Origin: an uncultured virus (IMG/VR IMGVR_UViG_3300025133_000074) | Lineage: Duplodnaviria > Heunggongvirae > Uroviricota > Caudoviricetes | Direction: 5' to 3' (one strand) | DNA: 20,000 nt | IMG/VR virus record: IMGVR_UViG_3300025133_000074 | In this document: positions 12,001 to 17,739 of the stretch, piece after piece | How positions within the stretch are numbered: the stretch's first letter is position 1 | Layout: each line of letters starts with the position of its first letter | The notes under the pieces: generated by a model | Seen by the model: the letters and a program-made list of their open reading frames with translations, nothing else | Databases searched by the model: none | Told to the model about the DNA's origin: nothing | Position numbers and translations under genes: made by a program

Positions 12001-12209
12001 GGGTAAGTTCGACAAGTATATATTATCCTGCAGGTACTGTAACTGATAACGGTACAACTGTACCTGCAGGGACTCATGCGATACGAATGAATTTTGGTGC
12101 ATGGAACTTGGCACAAACAGGCGGCGTTATTTTAGTTAGAATTCGTTTAAAGTCATCTGGATTTGTAAGTTCTGATCGCATATCAGAGATATTTTTTGAA
12201 ACGGATTAA
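3..12209 (+). CDS. Giant repetitive structural protein (>4068 aa, 5'-truncated), probable phage tail fibre/virion appendage with 16 tandem beta-rich modules
   Basis: The track start at 318 is an internal GTG (AAT GTG CCT). The same frame reads without a stop from position 3 (ELDAGAGATASAGYYRIETT...FIKGYVNVPPQI), so the true start lies upstream of the window. Stop is TAA 12207-12209. Repeated motifs ETETFGYS, R.VLYG, EP.GP.HTAS and YTSSWIG. Function is inferred from composition and neighbours. Confidence 0.8.
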   Translation, partial: ELDAGAGATASAGYYRIETTSSADFNPNHFVFVKLTNQFETLQSGSEDFYVGVDRTDPPDSQGNAPFTNDLAPGVHRYIVYATDTGSAGSTQAVYTSAFIKGYVNVPPQIIAPVQSDAVRQIAHDANSLNYVMNFTASEEPNLDQGDFIRIFSASRLTTDPTAVETTVPNYALTMTHPDSNIPDSSILIATGTFDESGDYADQPGAGANASAIPNSQLFFSASITNYDVTSGTNDRIVNITTMQPCEENFEMTMFDNWYIFQSSSIEYSMSIVPPNTASINNIRLEFESGSYTGYATQSYRTTVLYDDVITRDNIDTLPNRYTSSLVRVAVMADITEPADYDPDPLHFTTVKIFSGSDVHLRLQSDSGIPRRHFQLFRFSGSTATGLFRATASTFLAPGADLLLSNVGGYSPTHSLGFTAFALSPQTFNYGFSGRASDLANTNYIAHGDYQHFSAQTGSVASLIIDPVPDIEISNIRVEVESGSFLTGEGAFERTASVLYGFTSSLQVTETSSLEGYEKSAEYISESVVRLRLLATVIEPFGPHHTKMISTLETSASSHPHSHVFEFHTGSGATHTASSEIAYDNQNRLVGHYTSSWINFNLKPGEYTFSASFDSATNAGRTITPGTYSEVSVSNTPATQITNIVYETETYGYSETGSTDTIRTVLYGVPRHTLANSSSFENHDSASVYASHSISRFRVLTDITEPFGPHHTASRFEKVWTAPGETSLNDIIHFSTASTDTASSAIDYDSSNRLFARYTSSWIGRQLSSSDNSSLTWKYTSGSITHTPDDLSGFTTASGLSTQLVVHDTDQIQLTNRIIEFEEHGYSASNEDGSTGETETSRTVLYGENHQISGISSSFENHIKADQYASQSVLRYRVKFKVTEPVGPAVGTIQIPIQRGIVPTYPIKTATTGSSDFLFINSIYDSQKRLVTDYTSSWQSGKNNELGESNHGGSEDFIYQIKDANVTSSLESQSENGINKAAQQEGTVTVHDTPATQITNIRYQTETFGYSKEPSTNTTRKVLYGVAHKTNEDSSSYENHDSASLYASQSVTRFRVLATITEPIGPLHTASRFEKAWTAGNESPITKVIHFSTASTDTASSDIAYNTSNQLVVHYTSSWLGEELASNNFNTGETWKYTSGSILHEPTNELGFTTASGESTTVTVFDTQPTIFSNFKTETETFGYSEIPIQEINRTVLYGNTTTDIDSASYESHANSGSYASQSVARFRVLATITEPVGPLQHTASVIEKMFNNDATKTETISFGTASAGFEASRSFFTEVGEFVTEYTSSWIGKALAPDTWSISTGSVTHDPAGENSANSSSFTSTTMIVNNTSQTAISDIVYETETFGYSEVESVNTTRKVLYGVPHHTTADTSSLSWKNYDSASLYASQSVSRFRIRARIIEPIGPLHTASRFEKVWTAPGETSLNDTIHFSTASTDTASATFTYNSSNEFVSLYTSSWIGVQLSSSDFNSGKQWKYTSGSILHKPTGETGFTTASGDSTTVTVFDTQPTVFSNFKTETETFGHSNIPIQISGRTVLYGNTTTDINSASYESHANSGSYASHSVARTRMLITITEPVGPLQHTASVIEKMFNNEAEKTETISFGTASSGFEASRSFFTEVGEFVTEYTSSWIGKTLAPDTWSISTGSVVHDPYGENSANSSSFTATTLTVTDTLPTQIDHVVYETEIVGYSEEGSTDAMRTVLYGVPHHTLPDSSSFEYHDKVDEYAQQSVTRFRIRARIIEPVGPLHTASLFEKVWTNSSDNQAFSSSIHFSSASTDTASSEIAYDDLDRLVAHYTSSWIGQQLSSSIGSAKTWTYTSGSILHEPTGENKFTTASGDSTQLVVNDTTKTQIDQIIYETETCGYSEVDSRNTLRTVLYGDRRVTNKTSQSLSWETHDSASLYASHSVTRFKMRMRITEPVGPLHHISNIEQIINSPIYSTSSILNFHTGSTDVFDSSSAYDSSNRLVTSYTSSYIGHQLSASANTSVQYTFTSGSFTHNPYGETGFVSASGVATIMTVHDTPATIIDNILLETETFGYSGIATRDSQRKVLYGVPHHTIADTSSLSWENHDSASLYASQSVTQFQFKARIIEPIGYHITGSTIQKLYYATDTGTLARVSDMNSLGEVLSVTPTQDEDMTELFDGATDANVNLSDSNTTIVWKFETPRRIQQIIIKSNWTLGISVPMKIYGSTDNLNYSLIGNSSVSDHDVISDTLNVSTPISYYKIEIEDTDLYGISEIEFYELELSETSVTDNIVLDTSKPNNFESSSSIYNSDGNLVSEYTSSWIGQQLSSSNFDTGTNWIYTIGQITHEPVDESVVVLNTAIIKSASINIKDTQPTLFSNFKTETETFGHSNIPAQNSTRTVLYGNTTTDINSASYESHVNSGSYASHSVARFRITATITEPVGPLHHTASVIEKMFNDDATKTETISFGTASAGFETSRSFFTEVGEFVTEYTTSFEGKALAPDTWSISTTVKHDPYGENSANSSSFTPTTMIVNDTTPTAITNIVYETETFGYSETGSTDAMRTVLYGVPRHTTADSASFENHDSASVYASHSVSRFRILTTITEPLGPLHTSSLFTEEWSEPGGDEIFTNSRIFSTASTDTASSEIAYDSQDRLVSHYTSSWIGRQLSSSDNSSLTWKYTSGSITHTPDDLSGFVTTSGESTQLVVNDTAAPIIKNVRIEYESFGGSNIGRQNIANLDNNASDVSRSILYGETLTRANTTGLDGHPGIYSTSSMLQFRILADIEEPVGPLHHTASILTQINKSNHTAFDGSTGTSLKIASPVFSTSSADIYYSQSAYDPDTSQLKVSYTSSWIGLALPNNSHDVDTDISTYYANIWHGYHHNAFNPDSTIDAIPDDGYAHGLHPSGENAATTIDPTGITNLMHPAAWSNPNIYLTSASSWFTVSASKPLEVSNAKVEIETFYSSSEGEYNGTTGVTRTLLYGFNRTISASDADTIGDIWSGSAAVRVRVLTSITEPIGFAHFPTEFTMSVIGEETKQHGFALHTASLDTSSRSDRLLNNNGQFVTHYTSSFNDTFTFAAGDYGIGLIVNTSSAVIGTYADTDFTGDGLNKSIESQQNLTIAPSPATAITNLRIEAETVSGSGIGTAARTTTILHGNTVTEATKSINAGYPTETARQQLTSVRLLADIAEPFGPHHTASVFTINGYNGNSHTIRFNTGSTDVSSSVTSSWYAVDGNQSTSYTSSFVPIEMAQGVKTLTVSNIDHEFKHKNTDISTFSQTTPTDSIITVIGPRTASVFVTPQTGSSFFSSSVDIDKYVTYDSANDIVVDIISGISASAPPITSESILTFPQYLNILYTELESELSFSPVTGDSGNEDTGSLTISNASMDDFTEVKEFTINVSGSDILPGSGSSGNSSLTFSVIPARPQSMDGAYWSSAKANLFSSHDSTGEPYGDSGISLPQVNSNTRRLYEGSLADGLGTNAYGPGDAPGSVVTNIVMAKDTPTGPTNYTMSFTPISQNATGNYGDNDRLFDHGDSGSLIVRINGVEVVNANLQSNFDHQVKDTSQTISGYNIGGFSAGTASFTGTHAGKGRLILTRVEPFNGVSQNISAAGVHYPNGYQGWSARIELDAKLNEGYNKLDFSHSFDDDTSQKWTAFDWYYDDGVHEPAISPDPDLRYSWSGTGTEPTISLSGVSFIDAGAPFTASVEASIINVVAQTYRESDGSTDYILHVSEASDQLEIAPPGEGYQTSYDITLDNANDLNGFRFGEGQIPFKNETASLDIIAEASGIANTELGVVLSANLAPYHRNFDSANDWTEQGATSINVGRFIDISAIGTVASTTEREYFYSEEYRWSSHSMEMLSTQPDPGNLSGANVTSNVQWWIDPSKSDYNSYTSILNTDDLQVQWNGELKYPTDNYVTKIPNEVDYSTANSQGDRYYYRAFFIGRSTGNLRNLYVYVKGDFTRRDIFATDPGTAEQPNGTGVPDNIDALPIRIDVKLPGPISGNQNGTSPGTEWGVITGGSGGGSAPNTENWVSSTSIYYPAGTVTDNGTTVPAGTHAIRMNFGAWNLAQTGGVILVRIRLKSSGFVSSDRISEIFFETD
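822..9770 (+). repeat. Intragenic tandem array of 16 protein modules (mostly ~495-580 nt each)
   Basis: Approximate unit starts: 822, 1401, 1905, 2424, 2976, 3498, 3996, 4524, 5022, 5544, 6066, 7011, 7506, 8028, 8739, 9270. Consensus DT..T.I.NI.YETETFGYS...T.R.VLYG...S.E.H.SAS.YAS.SV.RFR....ITEP.GPLHTAS...F.TAS....S.....N.LV..YTSSWIG..L......W.YT.GSI.H.P.GE..F..ASG..T...V. Central units are the most similar and terminal units are divergent. Confidence 0.92.
6336..6749 (+). other. Inserted galactose-binding-like/discoidin (F5/8 type C-like) domain within repeat unit 11 of gene 1
   Basis: Pattern LFDG...IVWKFETPRRIQQIII...MKIYGSTDNLNYSLI...YYKIEI...ISEIEFY matches the typical F5/8-C layout (FDG, F..P..I..I.I, GS.D...W/Y, Y.RI.I, I.EIEFY). 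Unit 11 is 945 nt versus 522-528 nt for sibling units. Confidence 0.7.
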
Positions 12210-12219
12210 TATTTAATAG

Positions 12220-12236
12220 ATATTTATTATAAAGGA
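12220..12236 (+). promoter_or_regulatory. Putative phage promoter motif ATATTTAT plus AAGGA ribosome-binding site of gene 2
   Basis: In the 33-nt spacer: ATATTTAT 12220-12227, TATAAA 12228-12233, AAGGA 12232-12236, then 6 nt to ATG 12243. The same octamer is present in the only other spacer. Confidence 0.5.
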
Positions 12237-12242
12237 TAATTA

Positions 12243-15200
12243 ATGGCAATATCAGAAGGCCGATTTCTAGAAGTTGAAAAACGAAAAGCTGCGTTTAAAT
12301 ACGTATTTAATCAACTACACACATCTGCTACATTAGATCCTGAGGGTGAAATTTTTGAAACAGGTCAATTAATATACGCAGAAGATATTATTAATGGTTC
12401 TGTTGCTCGTAACACTAATCCAGCTATAACTAACGAAAATACAGTATTTCCAGCTAGAATACGTACATGGGTAACTGGCAGCGCTAATACAGGCAATCCA
12501 TATGATGATATTTGGGCCGGATCCTTTTCAGAATCAATATATGATACATCTGGAGCTAATCCTAACGTAGAAAAAGTTATAATGCCATTAATTAAATTGC
12601 AATTTAACAATAATCAGATGTATTTTGCTTATGGCCCTGATGATTATACTACAGAATTTGCAGACGAATTTGGCACATACTCTGGAACAGATCCAGGTAC
12701 TGGAGCTGATAGAAGTGAATATGATCGTGCAATTATTTCTGGTGATGCATTCGCAAATGATAGCAAAAGATTAAAAAAATGGATCAATCCTTCAAGATTT
12801 GGATCTGGATATAGAGTATTTATAGTATTAGGAGGTAATCCAGATGCAACTACTGGCGGTGTAAAAGGATTTCCTAATAATAGTCAACCACTTTCAGAAG
12901 GAGGAAATAATTTTGCAGGAAATTCATATGGTGGTTGGCTATGGGATTATTCACAAGGAGCTTTATATATAGGAGCTGATGAAGATGCAAAACCTACTAA
13001 CGATTCTCCAAGTGTTGATACTACTGGTGATGACACAAGTAACACAGAAAATGTTGATATATCATCAAAGCAACATCCATTATGGGTAATAGGGTATCGT
13101 TATATTGGACCAACTGGTTCTGTGGCATTGGCAACTACCGCATCGTTTGCATTGAACGCCGGCAATGCCGAATCAGCAGATTCAGCAGATTCAGCCGCGG
13201 CAGGAACAGCAGGAGCAACTCCAGTATTAACAGATATAACATCACCAAATTCCATTGATTATGATTGGTACACAAACAATGTTATGTTACCAACTGATAA
13301 CGCAGATATATATGAATATAAGTCAGATGAAAATTTCTTAAAAATATCTGCTTCTATCGGTGATCCTAATTTATTGATAAGAATGGGATCCACATCATTT
13401 GCAGACATCACATATACGGCAGGAACTGGTTACGAAACTAATGCTCAAATTAACGATGGAAATATATTTTTATTTGATAATTCCGGACCAACATCATATC
13501 CAGCCTTATCAAGTTATGGTACATTTATAACACCCGAATATCCATCCCCAGACGCATTTAATGCCATCGGCAGTGATCCTAATTCCATTTTTATGCCATG
13601 GACTACTCATAGTTTTGCATTCACATCACCAAAACTATTATCGCAAATTGAATTATATTATAGTGCTGATAATAATTCCGGACCAACTACATATTACAAT
13701 CCAGTAACAAACACATCATTATCAGAATATCCTGATGATGCATTAAATCATATTGACGGATACGAATTATATGGAAGTGTAGCCACAGACTCTGGATATG
13801 TATTAATTGCATCAGCAAGTAATTTAAGAGGCCAAGCTTGGATTTCTGGCTCTGTTCCAGGAACTTCTTATATACCTGGAAATAATTACATGCCAGAATT
13901 GGATGGCCAAGTTACTTCCGAAAAGTATATTTCAAAAGCCACATCTTCATTAATTACAGATGCAACTAAATATCAATATTACCGATTATATGTGAGTGGT
14001 GGCGGATTACAACCCGCTGCGTATGACCGCGGCCGAGTTGTAGCACAGACATTGCATCACGTTGATATAATAGAAAATAAATATTTAATTACCAATAGAA
14101 AACAGATTGACTTTGCTAGAAATACCGACCTTACCAATCAGGTAGCATTTCAAGGTGGACTTTTAACTGAATTTGATAAAATAGTATCTATGTCAGCTGC
14201 CAAGTTAGGATTAGTATCTATGTCAGAAGCCGGCCTAACAGTTTTTAAAGGAGGAGAAATTGATCGAACTTTATTTGGCGTATCTCCGATAAATGAACCA
14301 TTACCTAATTTACAAAGCTTTGGTCAATTTACTGGTAGCTCGATACTCGCAAGTGGCGACATAACATCATCCGGTATTTATGCTCTAGGTAATTCGACTT
14401 TATCTGAACTCTCAGCTGACAATATAACAATTAATGAATCATTAACGATGAATCAAAATGCTAGTTTAGCAATTGGATCTTTACAATCGTTATATTTTAC
14501 AAATAAAAAACAGGACGGAACTACCGGAACAGATGAATATTCAGCTCGTATATTTGGACATTATACCGATTACGGTGTAAGTGATATATATGTAGATGCT
14601 TATCGTATTTATAATATTGCTGATACTAAGATATTATTACGAACGTTGCATAAAGACGGTATTATAGATTTAAATGCTACATCTGTACATTTAGGTAATT
14701 CATTAACTTCTAGTTTAAATCTTTCCGGGTCATTATATGTAAATAATCATTCTATTATATCCGCATCATCCGGTACTGTATTTATTGCACCAAATAGTAA
14801 TGTGCAATTTAAAACGCCAATTACTGCATCTGGAAATATAAGTGCAAGTGGAACAATTTTAACAAATAATATTATATCAAATGGAATTACAGTTAATGGT
14901 ACCAGTACATTATCCGGATCATTATTAATATCCGGATCAATAATTCCAGTTACCAATGTAGATGAAAATGGTGATATTACATTAACATCATCATTTGACT
15001 TAGGAAGTTCAGCAGCGGCATGGAAAGATATACACGTATCTGATGGGACCATTAGATTTTACGATGGCCAGAAAGAAGTAATTAACATGTCGTTGGATGA
15101 AGATAAGCGTATGCAATTTAAATCTGGTAGTGAATTTCGTACAATAAAAGCAGGTAGATTAGTCTTAACACCTTCCGGATCAACTACTCCAAATGTGCAA

Positions 15201-15701
15201 TTGTCCGATCAAACCGATGTAGGATTTATCGCAGTAATGAGCGAAGCCGGCAAACATGCAACAATTTTAAGAGCAGAAAATCAATCGTTAGGACCACTTT
15301 TAGGAAGAGATTATGTTGCAGGTACTTTAACTCAAAAAGGATCAGGCAGTTTTGCAATATTATTAGATGCAGATGACACAAATCATAATCTTGCAAAATT
15401 TAGTGTTGAAAGTAATAGTGCTGTTGCTGGTTTTGCAACACGATTATTCTCAGTAAGTGAAAGTTTTGAAACACGTGTGCATGAAGGTGGGTTGAGAGCA
15501 GATAAATATGTTACAACGACTGATATAACTGCATCCATTATAAGTGCTAGCTCGACAATTACTGCCAATTCATTTATTGGTACTTTTGCCGGAGCATTAT
15601 CATCCTCTGCTCAAATTGCAACTGATATCTCCGGAGCATTTGACTCATTTTCAACTCGTATTACAACAGTAGAAACTACTATTGATGGAGGCTTATTTTA
15701 A
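12243..15701 (+). CDS. Multidomain virion structural/tail-fibre protein (1152 aa)
   Basis: ATG with an AAGGA RBS and TAA stop. N-terminal globular region (WINPSRFGSGY..., GWLWDYSQGALY, WVIGYRYIGPTG), low-complexity linker (ATTASFA..AESADSADSA), discoidin-like domain ~13599-14075, fibre-like motifs (ITASGNISASG, LSGSLLISGSIIP, FDLGSSAAAWKDIHVS) and C-terminal IDGGLF. No obvious signal peptide. Confidence 0.75.
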   Translation: MAISEGRFLEVEKRKAAFKYVFNQLHTSATLDPEGEIFETGQLIYAEDIINGSVARNTNPAITNENTVFPARIRTWVTGSANTGNPYDDIWAGSFSESIYDTSGANPNVEKVIMPLIKLQFNNNQMYFAYGPDDYTTEFADEFGTYSGTDPGTGADRSEYDRAIISGDAFANDSKRLKKWINPSRFGSGYRVFIVLGGNPDATTGGVKGFPNNSQPLSEGGNNFAGNSYGGWLWDYSQGALYIGADEDAKPTNDSPSVDTTGDDTSNTENVDISSKQHPLWVIGYRYIGPTGSVALATTASFALNAGNAESADSADSAAAGTAGATPVLTDITSPNSIDYDWYTNNVMLPTDNADIYEYKSDENFLKISASIGDPNLLIRMGSTSFADITYTAGTGYETNAQINDGNIFLFDNSGPTSYPALSSYGTFITPEYPSPDAFNAIGSDPNSIFMPWTTHSFAFTSPKLLSQIELYYSADNNSGPTTYYNPVTNTSLSEYPDDALNHIDGYELYGSVATDSGYVLIASASNLRGQAWISGSVPGTSYIPGNNYMPELDGQVTSEKYISKATSSLITDATKYQYYRLYVSGGGLQPAAYDRGRVVAQTLHHVDIIENKYLITNRKQIDFARNTDLTNQVAFQGGLLTEFDKIVSMSAAKLGLVSMSEAGLTVFKGGEIDRTLFGVSPINEPLPNLQSFGQFTGSSILASGDITSSGIYALGNSTLSELSADNITINESLTMNQNASLAIGSLQSLYFTNKKQDGTTGTDEYSARIFGHYTDYGVSDIYVDAYRIYNIADTKILLRTLHKDGIIDLNATSVHLGNSLTSSLNLSGSLYVNNHSIISASSGTVFIAPNSNVQFKTPITASGNISASGTILTNNIISNGITVNGTSTLSGSLLISGSIIPVTNVDENGDITLTSSFDLGSSAAAWKDIHVSDGTIRFYDGQKEVINMSLDEDKRMQFKSGSEFRTIKAGRLVLTPSGSTTPNVQLSDQTDVGFIAVMSEAGKHATILRAENQSLGPLLGRDYVAGTLTQKGSGSFAILLDADDTNHNLAKFSVESNSAVAGFATRLFSVSESFETRVHEGGLRADKYVTTTDITASIISASSTITANSFIGTFAGALSSSAQIATDISGAFDSFSTRITTVETTIDGGLF

Positions 15702-17714
15702 ATGTCTCTAACTCAACTTAATTCTGCCGGTTTTGTGCCAGAAAGTAATATATTAACCGGAAGTGCTACCGCCAGCGACACATTAAATATTACAAATATT
15801 GCACCAGAACAATTTATAAATTCATCTCCTCGTCAGACAAAAAGTACATGTATATTAAATGCAAACCAGCTTGGAACTCTATGGGCCAGCCACCCGGCCG
15901 TTACATCGAATTTTGGTGGAAGAGGAGCTAGATTTACAGAATCAATTGAAATAGCAGAACCAGTTTATACCGCAACTAAAACTGCTGACCTAAACGTAGG
16001 CTGGAATTACTTTGCATACATGTTACCGTACCCACAAGATCTGGAAACCACTTTAAGGAATTATATAGGAAGATATGATGCGGAAGAATATTCTGGTGGA
16101 CCTCTAGCCCCCTTTTTTGGCGGCGATGCTACCGCAGCTTCAGCATCAATCCCGGACAATGTTATTGATGTAGATGATGGTTGGAGTGATTACGCGTTAC
16201 GTCCTGATGCAATTTGGGAATTTGATATACAAGGTACATTAATAAGAGTTAAAATCACAGATTCAAGTTTTACAGTTGGACAAGAACTAACCTTATTACC
16301 AGGCACACCTCATGAATACATTGCATATGCACTACCCATACTCGAAACTGGATATGGTAATCCGATAGAATTTTATTTTTCAAGCAATAATTGCCTGAGG
16401 TCGTTAATAACATACCGATATATAATTTCAGATGAACAGCTGGGTATAGGCGTGAATTTTGAATATAACTATATTTCCGGCCTTGCAAAAATAATTATGA
16501 AACAAAGAGGATCGGCTCATAATATTAATAAAATTAATATATATATACAACAAATTTATCATACATCTCCTTCATCGATTGATAATGGAATGATATCACC
16601 TGATCTTATTTTTACTTTAACTAATTCTGGTCAAAAAGCAAGCACAAATCTTACACCGTCGTTTACATTTGAGTTTGGTGGCGGTAAAGAAAGTTCTATA
16701 CAAGCCGGAGGATATATACCACCGTATATAGCAGATAATCAAAATGAAGATCCTCCATGGCCTAATATTAATCAAGTTTCAGGTCAAAATGCGGATCCGC
16801 ATGCGGAAGCTAAAGCCGCTGGTACTGGAGTTAATTCACATGTAACTATAATGAAAGACCATTTAGGTGCAGCTTATATTCCATATTGGGGATTCAATGG
16901 CATAGGTGATCTTGTTCCTGGATTTGCATACCAAGTTAAATTGAGATCTCGATTTAATCTTCAACAATGGCCGGTAGGTATAAATAACATAGCACGTAAT
17001 ATAGCTTCAAACGTATATAGTGAGCGTCAGCATCATGTCTGGCGCTTTCCGTTATTATCAACTGATAATAAAGCATTGGAACATGATCTTACCGCGTATA
17101 TCAAAGCCATGGATGATGTTCGTATAAATTTACCTTTAGCTTGGAGTTTCTTTGGATATAATCGTATACATGATGCACCTACTGATCTAATAGATCAGCT
17201 CCGTCATTGCACTTACCGTAGTATTGCTTCACATGACGGCGGCTTTGCCAAAGAAATAAATCATAAACCAACATCCATGTCAGGAACAATTAACCTTTTT
17301 AACGGATTCAATCAAGTATTAGGCACAGATGTAAATTTTCCAGATCATTATGAGGAAGGTGATACAATTAAATATGATGTTGAAGGGGTCAAATATACTA
17401 ATACCATTACAGCTGTAAGCTTAGGTAGTATGAATATGCAAAACAATCATACAGGTGCAACTGGCGAAACAGAATTTTATTATAAAGATCAAGAAGTTAC
17501 AGATGCTGATATAACGGATAGTGTTATTATAGTGAAAAATAATGCTGGTGGTGCTTATGTACCAGAATGGGATTTTGATGGCATTGGTCTGTTAGCAGCT
17601 GGTGAAGGTTTACAAATAAAAACTTCCGAAGCCATTACCGGCTTTGCATTTTCACCACATTCCAATGTTAATATAGGCGGTGAATCAGAATTTAATGATA
17701 TTAGTTCCGGTTGA
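15702..17714 (+). CDS. Hypothetical protein (670 aa) with two copies of a split L..GW..F.Y / I.K...G.AY.P.W.F.GIG.L..G...Q.K domain; probably virion-associated
   Basis: ATG immediately follows the TAA of gene 2, with GGAGG at 15687-15691. TGA stop at 17712-17714. Internal duplication is visible: 15990-16019 + 16842-16943 versus 17124-17159 + 17523-17621. Confidence 0.75.
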   Translation: MSLTQLNSAGFVPESNILTGSATASDTLNITNIAPEQFINSSPRQTKSTCILNANQLGTLWASHPAVTSNFGGRGARFTESIEIAEPVYTATKTADLNVGWNYFAYMLPYPQDLETTLRNYIGRYDAEEYSGGPLAPFFGGDATAASASIPDNVIDVDDGWSDYALRPDAIWEFDIQGTLIRVKITDSSFTVGQELTLLPGTPHEYIAYALPILETGYGNPIEFYFSSNNCLRSLITYRYIISDEQLGIGVNFEYNYISGLAKIIMKQRGSAHNINKINIYIQQIYHTSPSSIDNGMISPDLIFTLTNSGQKASTNLTPSFTFEFGGGKESSIQAGGYIPPYIADNQNEDPPWPNINQVSGQNADPHAEAKAAGTGVNSHVTIMKDHLGAAYIPYWGFNGIGDLVPGFAYQVKLRSRFNLQQWPVGINNIARNIASNVYSERQHHVWRFPLLSTDNKALEHDLTAYIKAMDDVRINLPLAWSFFGYNRIHDAPTDLIDQLRHCTYRSIASHDGGFAKEINHKPTSMSGTINLFNGFNQVLGTDVNFPDHYEEGDTIKYDVEGVKYTNTITAVSLGSMNMQNNHTGATGETEFYYKDQEVTDADITDSVIIVKNNAGGAYVPEWDFDGIGLLAAGEGLQIKTSEAITGFAFSPHSNVNIGGESEFNDISSG

Positions 17715-17715
17715 T

Positions 17716-17731
17716 ATATTTATATAAAATA
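17716..17731 (+). promoter_or_regulatory. Putative phage promoter motif ATATTTAT(ATAAAATA) upstream of gene 4
   Basis: The 25-nt spacer contains ATATTTAT at 17716-17723, starting 24 nt before ATG 17740 (23 nt in the other spacer). No SD-like sequence here. Confidence 0.5.
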
Positions 17732-17739
17732 GCAAGTAT

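Noticed and set aside
12210..12242. Intrinsic terminator in the intergenic spacers
   Set aside because: No GC-rich hairpin with a U-tract here or in 17715-17739.
13173..13194. 9-nt microrepeat (CAGCAGATT; ADSADS)
   Set aside because: Only ~2.5 copies in a low-complexity linker, which is unremarkable.
15699..15704. Stop-codon readthrough or recoding fusing genes 2 and 3 (in-frame TAA ATG)
   Set aside because: TAA is not the codon normally reassigned in phages. Gene 2 ends in the same GGxF terminus as gene 4, and gene 3 has its own SD and ATG. All ORFs are long under the standard code.
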